64,000 nucleotides of DNA, from the NCBI GenBank assembly GCA_019058245.1, contig JAHPZJ010000026.1, forward strand, positions 1,671-65,670. The letters run 5' to 3'. This DNA is from Promethearchaeota archaeon (GTDB lineage Archaea > Asgardarchaeota > Lokiarchaeia > Sigyniarchaeales > SOKP01). Each line of letters opens with the position of its first letter. Position 1 is the stretch's first letter. The notes beneath the pieces are model-generated. The model worked only from the letters and a program-made list of their open reading frames with translations. It searched no databases and was not told where the DNA came from. This document shows, one piece after another, positions 10,857-19,398 of the stretch. A program made the position numbers and the translations under genes.

Positions 10857-11789
10857 TTAGCTCAAATTCTTTTTATTCAGATTTAGTCTAAGTATCTGAA
10901 AAGCCATCATTAAAGCGATTCCAATTAGTGTAAATAACATAAAATATTTTCCAAAGGAAATTGTATTATCTTTGAAACCACTCATGATATCATAACTTAA
11001 AGAAACATAATCTTCATAAATTCTTACATTATTCCATTCCCATAAATAACTTTTTCCACCATTGATATTTGAAATTGTACAATTTTTGCCATTAATAATT
11101 ACATCATTTCCGGGTTTTTCTACACTATAAACCCTATCTGGTTGATAACCTTTAACTCTAAATTCAACCATTTCTGTTATATTTCCGTTCCATGTCCGAG
11201 ATGTACCCACGTAATACTCAAAATCGATCTCATAATAATTTGAACTTAATATTGGTGGAGTTACTAGATATGTATTAAAACTGTATTCCAAAACTAAAGA
11301 ATCATTCTTCGGAAGGGTAACATTGCATATTAGATAAATTGATCCCCCAAACATGATCTTATATGGAATAGCACTATTATTGACCATGATTTTTCCATTA
11401 AAATTCAATTCAGAAATTTCTATTGGTATCCAATCAGGATATTTATAATTATGAAGAATTTCATAATAGGTTGTATCATTTATTCCTAACATGCCTGGTG
11501 AAAATGGGGCAAGTATAGTTACATTCTTGCTATTATAAGGATTAAATATCGTATAATTACCATTAAAATAGATATCAAAATGACTACTAGGATGAGTCGC
11601 ATCAACTTCAACTAAAACGTTTGCATTGGGCATAGAATAAGTACCATTTTCTGGCGTTATCAGTCCACTAGAAGATGTTATATAAGGAGATAATGGATCT
11701 GCGAGGGAATCTTTTGTATATACTTCATTACAGGATATTAAAATAAAGGAAATAATTAATAGAAAAATCCTTATTTTGGATGATCTCAT
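10857..11789 (-). CDS. Secreted/surface protein with C-terminal membrane anchor (DUF4424-like)
   Basis: N-terminal signal peptide; FEYYVGTSRTWNGNI motif; Asn/Thr-rich; C-terminal ISFG + TM + basic tail. Confidence 0.6.
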   Translation of the reverse strand: MRSSKIRIFLLIISFILISCNEVYTKDSLADPLSPYITSSSGLITPENGTYSMPNANVLVEVDATHPSSHFDIYFNGNYTIFNPYNSKNVTILAPFSPGMLGINDTTYYEILHNYKYPDWIPIEISELNFNGKIMVNNSAIPYKIMFGGSIYLICNVTLPKNDSLVLEYSFNTYLVTPPILSSNYYEIDFEYYVGTSRTWNGNITEMVEFRVKGYQPDRVYSVEKPGNDVIINGKNCTISNINGGKSYLWEWNNVRIYEDYVSLSYDIMSGFKDNTISFGKYFMLFTLIGIALMMAFQILRLNLNKKNLS

Positions 11790-11920
11790 TTTATCAGAAG
11801 TAGTATTATATTCTTTTTATTTAAATCTTCCTGCTATCAATATTGACTTAAAGAATCTTTCTATTTCATTCTTCAATTCTTTTAAAAATCAATAAAATTC
11901 TACTTTTTTATCTCTAAAAT

Positions 11921-13228
11921 TTAATGAGATTCAGGAAATAAAATTATAATATTAGTGCCTTTTGTATGATCACCTGAAACCTTATCTTCAATCCATATTT
12001 TACCAGAAAAACTTTTTATTACTTCATTTACAAGTAATAATCCTAATCCAATTCTCTTGAAATCTTTTGGCTTCTCATAAATTGGTTGAAAGAGATTCTT
12101 TTTCATAGAATCTGGTATTCCTACACCATTATCTATGAACTCTATTTTAATATTAGAATTACTATCTTTTTTCTCTTTAGAAACTTTAATTATAATTTCT
12201 TTTATAGAATTATTATTATATCTAACTGAATTATTTATTATTATTCGAAATGCATTTAATAATAAATTATTAGCATTGACAAAAATTTCCTCTCTTTTAC
12301 CAACCAATTCAATCTTAATTTGATTTTCATTGAATTTTTCTTTAATTTCATTGATAACATGATCCAAAATATCATACAGTTTTATTGATATGATTCGGAC
12401 TTTTCCCCTCTCTAAATCAGAGAGAATTTTTACGTTTTGACCTAATTCTGCTCCTCGTTTTACTTGACTAACAGCAATATTCATCAACTCATCTAAATCT
12501 CCCTTTATATCATAACTTTCTAAATTATGAGAAATTATTTCTAAAGAAAATTGCAAATTTTGTAATATGTTGTTGATATCGTGGACAAATAGATCCTTGT
12601 AAAATTCCGCTCTATTATAGGATATTCGATATTTACTTTCTGATCTAAGAATTAAATCTTCAATAATAGCAATAACTCCAGTTATAAGCATCATTGTAGC
12701 CATCATCACTCTTGAGAATTCTAGAAAATCATTCCCCCCAGGAAATCCTAGATCTCTTAAAATGCTTGCAATCAATTGCAAAAACCCTGTTATTAAAATG
12801 AAACTCATAAATGCATGTAAGGGTGTTCTTTTTTTAAAATATATTTTTACGCTAAGGAACAATGCTATAAATAAGAAAAGAGCAATTAATAATTGAAGTA
12901 CTAAACTAGTAAATACTTGAATATTTACGAACAATATCAGACTAATTGCAATTTTTTTTGATTTTTTTGAAAATGTCTGGTAATATTCTTTAGCAATAGC
13001 AATTATGAATATTAGAACAGTTAAAGCTGAAAATGTGATAGAAATTAATTCTAAAGAATCATAACGTACTTGAGACAATAATCTAAAAACTTCTGATACA
13101 GAAGCTGCAATATAAGCTAAAAGCCATGAGAATAATTCCTTCCTTCTAAAACATACACTAGCAAGAGTAAAAGTAGCTAAAATTATGACAATTGTTGTTA
13201 ATAAATGGATAATAAAATAGTCGCTCAA
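11921..13228 (-). CDS. Membrane-bound sensor histidine kinase
   Basis: Multiple N-terminal TMs; H-box LFVHDINNILQ; N-box INNSVRYN; DNGVGIP; GLGLLLV; TTG start. Confidence 0.92.
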   Translation of the reverse strand: MSDYFIIHLLTTIVIILATFTLASVCFRRKELFSWLLAYIAASVSEVFRLLSQVRYDSLELISITFSALTVLIFIIAIAKEYYQTFSKKSKKIAISLILFVNIQVFTSLVLQLLIALFLFIALFLSVKIYFKKRTPLHAFMSFILITGFLQLIASILRDLGFPGGNDFLEFSRVMMATMMLITGVIAIIEDLILRSESKYRISYNRAEFYKDLFVHDINNILQNLQFSLEIISHNLESYDIKGDLDELMNIAVSQVKRGAELGQNVKILSDLERGKVRIISIKLYDILDHVINEIKEKFNENQIKIELVGKREEIFVNANNLLLNAFRIIINNSVRYNNNSIKEIIIKVSKEKKDSNSNIKIEFIDNGVGIPDSMKKNLFQPIYEKPKDFKRIGLGLLLVNEVIKSFSGKIWIEDKVSGDHTKGTNIIILFPESH

Positions 13229-13568
13229 TTAAAAAACCAATTAAGTACTCATATTTAGTTTTTAATATCTTAATGGAGTTAAATATTATAAATTTGTACC
13301 TATCATAAAATATTATTCATAGAAATTTATCGTGGAACTTTATAAAAATTTCTATAAATCCTCAAATTCCTTTTTATTAATCACCTGAGTTATTATTTTC
13401 AATATCACGGTAAAAAATAGTAAAAGACCATCGGTTTATCATTTCTTATTAAATTAAGTCAATTTTAGATTCATTTTTTCTACTTCTATAAGTTTTAACA
13501 ATTAGTAATTATTTTAATGGTATACCCGTTAATTGCTAAAAATAAAAGTTGAAGAGTCCAAGAAATGT

Positions 13569-13592
13569 CTAAGAGTCTATACATACTCTTAG
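13569..13592. promoter_or_regulatory. Inverted repeat upstream of the RadA paralog (candidate operator)
   Basis: ctaagagt-N8-actcttag, about 45 bp before the ATG and just upstream of a TATA-like tttat. Confidence 0.35.
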
Positions 13593-13637
13593 TTCTAAAA
13601 CTATTTATGGAGATCTACATATTAATATACATTAATT

Positions 13638-14321
13638 ATGATATCATTACACACGGGATATGAAGAATTAGATTGTCTCTTAGATGGAGGAATTCATCCA
13701 GGAAGAATTACAGAGATTTTTGATCCTAGCTATACGGGAAAGACTCAAATTATACATCAAATAATTGTGAATTCTTATCTTCCAAAAGAGAAAGGGGGCT
13801 TAGATGGAGCGATTCTTCATATTGATACTAATGGAGATTTTTCTCCTGAAAGAATTATTCAGTTATGTGAATCTAAAGGAATTGATCATAAACCCATCTT
13901 AAATAAAATTCTATTATTTAGACTAATTAATGAAGCTCGTTTATTAGATCTTTTTGATATTATAGGAGATATAGTTCAAAACCAGCACGTTAAATTGATT
14001 ATCATTGACTCTTTAACTTGGCCTTTAATTAAAATGATAAATGAAAAAATAATTAATGAATCCAGTCTTGTAAAACTATATAATACTCTTATTTACCTTA
14101 TAGAACGATTCCCTTCTCTTTCAATTGTCTATACCAGTACTTATATGCCAAAAAACCTTCTACCTAATTATCTGACTCATGCTAATTTTACTCGCATAAA
14201 AGTACAATATATTAAAGGTCAACATAAAATTGTAGAAATGAGACATCCTAAAGTAAACTTTAAACAAATCGATTTTTATATCACTAAAGATGAACTTTCT
14301 AATCATGGAATCGATAATTAA
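13638..14321 (+). CDS. RadA/Rad51-family paralog lacking the N-terminal domain, with degenerate ATPase motifs
   Basis: TGYEELDCLLDGGI, ITEIFDPSYTGKTQ, LPKEKGGLDG, IDTNGDFSPERI, LIIIDSL. Confidence 0.88.
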   Translation: MISLHTGYEELDCLLDGGIHPGRITEIFDPSYTGKTQIIHQIIVNSYLPKEKGGLDGAILHIDTNGDFSPERIIQLCESKGIDHKPILNKILLFRLINEARLLDLFDIIGDIVQNQHVKLIIIDSLTWPLIKMINEKIINESSLVKLYNTLIYLIERFPSLSIVYTSTYMPKNLLPNYLTHANFTRIKVQYIKGQHKIVEMRHPKVNFKQIDFYITKDELSNHGIDN

Positions 14322-14564
14322 GAGAATTAAATCGATTTAAAAATGAAATAGATTTTAACTAACTAAAACCAAAATTTTAGAGATAATTAAAAGGATAGTA
14401 TCTTATCATTAATTCGATTTTTATAAATAAAAAAGTCTAATAAGAGTATTATTTTAACGTTATAGATTATTTTTCAATAACTCATAAAATTTTTATGATT
14501 TCCCGTATTCCTTTCTTTAATTATATTATGATGATATTTAAAATTTATACTAAGTGAAACATTT

Positions 14565-16817
14565 ATGGTTAAAGTAAAAAACCCAGACGAAATCGCTAAA
14601 CTGGTTACATCTGGTTCATACGAAAAAAAAAGGATTTTCAGCATCACAGCTCATATTGATCATGGCAAAACTACAGCTACAGATTACTTATTACGTAGAG
14701 CTGGACTGATGAGACCTGAAGATGCAGGACAACTTCAAATGACCGATTCAGATGATGAGGAGCAAGAACGAGGCATTACAATTTTCACAAGTGTAGTACT
14801 CCTTGCATTCAATGATCCAAGAAAACCTGATGATGAAGAACCTTATATTATCCAACTTAACGATACTCCAGGCCATATAAGTTTTACAGGAGAAGTATCT
14901 CGAGCTCTTAGAGGCTCAGATGGTGCTATTGTTTTAGTAGATGCTCTAGAAGGAGTAATGACACAAACAGAAACTAACATTCGATTATCTGTAGGTGAAG
15001 AGTTCTGCAAACCGGTTCTTTTTATCAATAAAGTAGACAGATTAATTAGTGAATTGAAACTTAGTCCTCAAGAAACATTTGCTAAGATAGATAAAATCAC
15101 AAGAGAAGTCAATGATTTAATTAAAAAAGTTAGACCTGAAGGGTCGGATTGGAGTATTGATTTTGCCAAGAATTCTGTTGCTGTTGGATCAGCTAAGCAT
15201 GGTTGGGGATTTACCTATGAAATTCTTTTGGAAAAGAATTTGACACCTCAGGATGTCTTTGCAAAGTATAATGAAGGTGATATTCAATGGTTAAGAGATA
15301 ATTTACCATTAGATGAGCCAATGTTAAGGATGATTGTAGACCATCTTCCGGATCCAATAACTGCTTCTAAATATAGAATTCCTCATATTTGGGGTCATGA
15401 TTTAAATTCCGAACTTGGTCAAGCGCTTCAAAAAAGTGACCCAAATGGACCATTATATGGTATGATTACTAAAATTTTTCTCGATCCTAAGAGAAATTAT
15501 CAAGCAACATTAATCGGTCGTGTTTTTTCAGGTACATTTGATCAATCTGATTCAATTTATCTTATTAATAGTGATTCAACAAATCGAGTAAAAAGATTAG
15601 GAGTGATGGAGATAACAGATATTCTAGATATTCCAAAAATACCTGCAGGTAACTTATTTGCATTATTTGGCTTTATCTGTCCTTCTGGCGAAACATTTAT
15701 GTTTGCTAATGATGTCCCTAAAGATAAAGAAGAAAAGAGAAGATTACCTTCATTTGAAAAAATCCACTATGCTTGTGAAGCAGTTGTCTCTAGAAGCATT
15801 AAACCAAAAGATCCACATGAAATTGATAAATTAGATGACGTTGTTAGTAAATGGCTTAAAGCAGATCCTACTGCAGAATACAGAAGAGATGAAGAATCAG
15901 GAGAATTCATCTTATCTGGAATTGATCCATTACAGATTGAGATTTTAGTAAAAAGGATAAATAATCAAGTTAACATTAATATTGGAGAACCAATAATCGT
16001 ATATCGAGAAAAAATTACTCAAAGGAGTCCAGAATATTATACTAAATCGGCAAATACACACAACCGAATTTTATTGCACATAGAACCTTTAGATGAAATA
16101 TCAGAACACCTTATTGAGACTGGAAAAGTCAATGATTTACAAAATGAGAAAGATCGAGCCCAAGTGCTTAGAGAAGAAGCTGGATGGGACGCAAAAGAGG
16201 CAAGGCGTATTGTTGATGTATATCAAGGAAGTGCACTTGTAAATGGTACAACTGGATTACAAAGATTTGATCGTGTAAAATCATATTTGAGTGCGGCTTT
16301 TAGAGACTGGTTAGGTAATTGTATAATCGCAAAAGAACCAGCTACAGGGATTAAAGTAGTTTTCACAGATATGACGATTCATGAGGACACCAGACATACA
16401 TCTTATGGACAAATTGCAGGAATGTTCTTTTCAGGTGTTTCCTTAGCCATGTTAGATGCAGATCCTCATCTTTTTGAACCAATTCAGAAAATAGATATAA
16501 AATCACCTCAAGGAAGTGAGGGTGGAGTTAGTGCTGTTATAACAAAACGACGTGGTCGTATTACTAATGTAATTCCAGAAGGAGAATATGTAAGAATCCA
16601 AGGTCAGATCCCCGCAGCAGAAACTATCGGTATTGCTGATGATATTAGAGGATCAACTCAAGGAAGAGCGTTTTTTGGCTATGAATTCTTAGGATTTGAA
16701 AAAGTACCTGGATCCTTAGAAGAAAATCTAATTATGGAGATTCGAAGAAGAAAAGGTATGCCTGAAGAAATGCCTTCCAGAAAAAGTTGGGAGCGATTTA
16801 TATACAAACGTACGTAA
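14565..16817 (+). CDS. Elongation factor EF-2 homolog (probably the Asgard aEF-2 paralog)
   Basis: AHIDHGKTT, QERGITI, DTPGH, INKVDR, DIRGSTQGRA; divergent diphthamide loop HEDTRHTSYGQI; not next to S7/S12 genes. Confidence 0.9.
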   Translation: MVKVKNPDEIAKLVTSGSYEKKRIFSITAHIDHGKTTATDYLLRRAGLMRPEDAGQLQMTDSDDEEQERGITIFTSVVLLAFNDPRKPDDEEPYIIQLNDTPGHISFTGEVSRALRGSDGAIVLVDALEGVMTQTETNIRLSVGEEFCKPVLFINKVDRLISELKLSPQETFAKIDKITREVNDLIKKVRPEGSDWSIDFAKNSVAVGSAKHGWGFTYEILLEKNLTPQDVFAKYNEGDIQWLRDNLPLDEPMLRMIVDHLPDPITASKYRIPHIWGHDLNSELGQALQKSDPNGPLYGMITKIFLDPKRNYQATLIGRVFSGTFDQSDSIYLINSDSTNRVKRLGVMEITDILDIPKIPAGNLFALFGFICPSGETFMFANDVPKDKEEKRRLPSFEKIHYACEAVVSRSIKPKDPHEIDKLDDVVSKWLKADPTAEYRRDEESGEFILSGIDPLQIEILVKRINNQVNINIGEPIIVYREKITQRSPEYYTKSANTHNRILLHIEPLDEISEHLIETGKVNDLQNEKDRAQVLREEAGWDAKEARRIVDVYQGSALVNGTTGLQRFDRVKSYLSAAFRDWLGNCIIAKEPATGIKVVFTDMTIHEDTRHTSYGQIAGMFFSGVSLAMLDADPHLFEPIQKIDIKSPQGSEGGVSAVITKRRGRITNVIPEGEYVRIQGQIPAAETIGIADDIRGSTQGRAFFGYEFLGFEKVPGSLEENLIMEIRRRKGMPEEMPSRKSWERFIYKRT

Positions 16818-16863
16818 TTTTTATATTTCTTTTTTTAATTCTAATTGAAAATATAGATTTAGT

Positions 16864-17436
16864 CTAAGAAAAATCTGAAATTTTAGCAATTTGATATAAT
16901 TTTTTAACAAGTACTTCAAAAGCATCAGTTACTCCTTGGCCTGTCAATGCACTTGTTTTATAATATCCTAAAAATCTATTCTCTTTTGCAAAATGAACTA
17001 CATTTGCATCTGCAGTTGGCAAACTAGAATCTGATGCTAATGTTCCATCATCAACTAAATCCACTTTATTTCCAAATAAAACCATTGGTATATTTCCACA
17101 ATGTTTTTTAAGATCATCAAGCCATCGGGGAACGTGATCATAAGATTGTGGCTGTCCTGAATCGAGAGAAAAAACGATTATTGCCCCAGCACTTCCAATA
17201 TAAAAACGTTGCCGCAACGCTTGAAACTGATCTTGCCCAGCAATATCCCAAAGAAACAATTCAACTTTCTCTCCATTAATTTCCTCTTCATATTTCGAGA
17301 ATTGCGTCCCTAAAGTTGCTATGTATTCCTTCTGAAAAGATCCTTGAGTATATTTTTTAATTAAGGATGTTTTCCCTACAGCACCATCTCCTATAATCAC
17401 TACTTTAAACCCGTATCCTTGACCTTCTCCACTCAT
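16864..17436 (-). CDS. Ras-superfamily small GTPase (Rab-like)
   Basis: GDGAVGKT, WDIAGQ, GNKVD, TSAL. Confidence 0.95.
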   Translation of the reverse strand: MSGEGQGYGFKVVIIGDGAVGKTSLIKKYTQGSFQKEYIATLGTQFSKYEEEINGEKVELFLWDIAGQDQFQALRQRFYIGSAGAIIVFSLDSGQPQSYDHVPRWLDDLKKHCGNIPMVLFGNKVDLVDDGTLASDSSLPTADANVVHFAKENRFLGYYKTSALTGQGVTDAFEVLVKKLYQIAKISDFS

Positions 17437-17618
17437 TATTTTAAATCATCCTAAAAAATAAATATCCCTTTCTTAAATTATAAAAATCACATATTTTAAA
17501 TTTTTACTAAACATAAACCCAATAGAAGTTAATTAACACTTTAAAGAATTAAAATTAAAAGAATTATAATATCTAAATATTTTAAGAAAATATTTTCATT
17601 TTGAATAAAAAACGATAA

Positions 17619-18173
17619 TTATATAGTGGCTTGTCGATATAATTTTAGTACTAATCTTTGAAACCCTTCTTTTACGCCTTGCCCGCTTAAAGCACTTGTT
17701 TTATAATATTCCATTAAATTATTTTCTTGAGCAAATTTCTGAACATGAACATCTGAAGTAGCATAATCAGAGCTAATCGCTAGGGCATTTTGATCAACTA
17801 GATCGGCTTTATTTCCAAATAATATCACAGGAATATTACCACAAGCTTCTTTTATATTTGATCTCCACTTATCAATATGATGATATGTGTCAATTTGCTC
17901 GGGAGCAAGAGAAAACACAATTATAGCACCACTACTACCTTTATAAAATTTATCACGTAATATACTGAATGATTCTTGCCCTGCTAAATCCCACAATAAC
18001 AACTCAACAATTTCTCCATCCAGGTCTTCTTCAAATTTCGAAAACTGCATTCCTAAAGTAGAAATATAGTCTTTTTCAAATGAATTTGTAGTATATCTTT
18101 TAATTAGCGATGTTTTTCCGACTGCTGCATCACCAACAATCACTATTTTAAAACTAAACGCTCTTTCACTCAT
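17619..18173 (-). CDS. Ras-superfamily small GTPase (Rab-like), tandem paralog
   Basis: GDAAVGKT, WDLAGQ, GNKAD, TSAL; colinear with 16864-17436. Confidence 0.95.
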   Translation of the reverse strand: MSERAFSFKIVIVGDAAVGKTSLIKRYTTNSFEKDYISTLGMQFSKFEEDLDGEIVELLLWDLAGQESFSILRDKFYKGSSGAIIVFSLAPEQIDTYHHIDKWRSNIKEACGNIPVILFGNKADLVDQNALAISSDYATSDVHVQKFAQENNLMEYYKTSALSGQGVKEGFQRLVLKLYRQATI

Positions 18174-18459
18174 TATTAAGATATTAGTTTTTTTGTTTTC
18201 TTAGTTAGTAAAAATATGAATTTTTAAGCCTTACTAAAAGGAAAATAAAAATAAAAAATTAGAATAATAATTTTTATATTGATTAAAATTGTATAAAAGT
18301 GAAGGCATATAGAATATTTATCACATTAGTCTAAAAGATTTCGATATAAATTTACTGTAGCAAGTTTTAAATTGATCAAACTTAAATATTTAATAATTTA
18401 TGTATTTCTAAAGAAAAAAATTAAAAATTCAATTAGTATCATTTAACTTTTTAAAAATT

Positions 18460-19383
18460 ATGCCCTCTCCCTATGAAGAGGATGGTTTTTTTGAGGATAA
18501 TACCGAAGAGGATGCCTCTTGTTGCGATAGTCCTAAAATTAGTGAAGAAGATGGTTTTTATGTATGTCTAAATTGTGGATTTGTTTATTCACGTATTCTT
18601 GATGATAGTCCTCGAAGAGCATTTACACAGGAAGAAATAACAAAAAGGAAGAGTAATGAGAGAGTGTATAGTCCTATTGGTCCAAGGACAATTATTAGAG
18701 GATCACGAGATGCAAGAGGTACACTATTAAGTCCAAAATATAAATCTAAATTTAACCGTTTAGCAAAAATTCATAGATCTTTGACAACTAGCTATGAAAG
18801 GAATTTATGGATTGCATTACCTAATTTACAACGTTTACAAAAGAGATTAGGAATTCCAGATGCCGTTGCTGATGATGCACTTAGAATATATACACAAACG
18901 GTTAAAAAAAAGTTAACTATGGGGCGAAGTATTGATACTTTATTATCCGCTTCGATTTTTGCTGCCTTAAGAGTTCATGGGATACCTAGAACTGCTGAAG
19001 AGATCACAAAAGTAGCTCAAATTCCAAAAAAGAAAGTTATTAAAAGTTATAGATTGATTTTAATGGAGGTTCTACCTAAATTAAATCTTAAAGTCCAACA
19101 TTTTAGTGCAGATCGTTATGTAGATAAATTTAACGAAGAATTAAAACTTTCAATGAAATGTCGTAATATAGCAGTCAAAATTATTACAAAAGCAAAAGAA
19201 AGTGGATTTAATTCAGCAGGAAAAGACCCTAAAGGAATCGCAGCAGCAGCGATTTATATTGGTTCAAAAATTTGCAATGAAAACCGAACTCAAAAGGAAA
19301 TTAGTAAGCTTGCGAGAGTTACAGAAGTAACGCTTCGTATGCGAGTAAAAGATTTACAACGATATGCGAATGTAGTTGAATAA
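18460..19383 (+). CDS. tfb: Transcription initiation factor TFB (paralog)
   Basis: N-terminal Zn ribbon (VCLNCG), cyclin repeats GRSIDTLLSASIFAALR, GKDPKGIAAAAIY, RTQKEIS, VTEVTLR. Confidence 0.93.
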   Translation: MPSPYEEDGFFEDNTEEDASCCDSPKISEEDGFYVCLNCGFVYSRILDDSPRRAFTQEEITKRKSNERVYSPIGPRTIIRGSRDARGTLLSPKYKSKFNRLAKIHRSLTTSYERNLWIALPNLQRLQKRLGIPDAVADDALRIYTQTVKKKLTMGRSIDTLLSASIFAALRVHGIPRTAEEITKVAQIPKKKVIKSYRLILMEVLPKLNLKVQHFSADRYVDKFNEELKLSMKCRNIAVKIITKAKESGFNSAGKDPKGIAAAAIYIGSKICNENRTQKEISKLARVTEVTLRMRVKDLQRYANVVE

Positions 19384-19398
19384 AAAGAGTGGAAAAGA

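Noticed and set aside
11790-11920. Possible gene-end remnant on the minus strand (LKELKNEIERFFKSILIAGRFK*)
   Set aside because: Too short, and no parent gene found in the window
14327-14340. Palindrome ttaaatcgatttaa after the RadA paralog
   Set aside because: Short and AT-rich, so expected by chance; no second copy noticed
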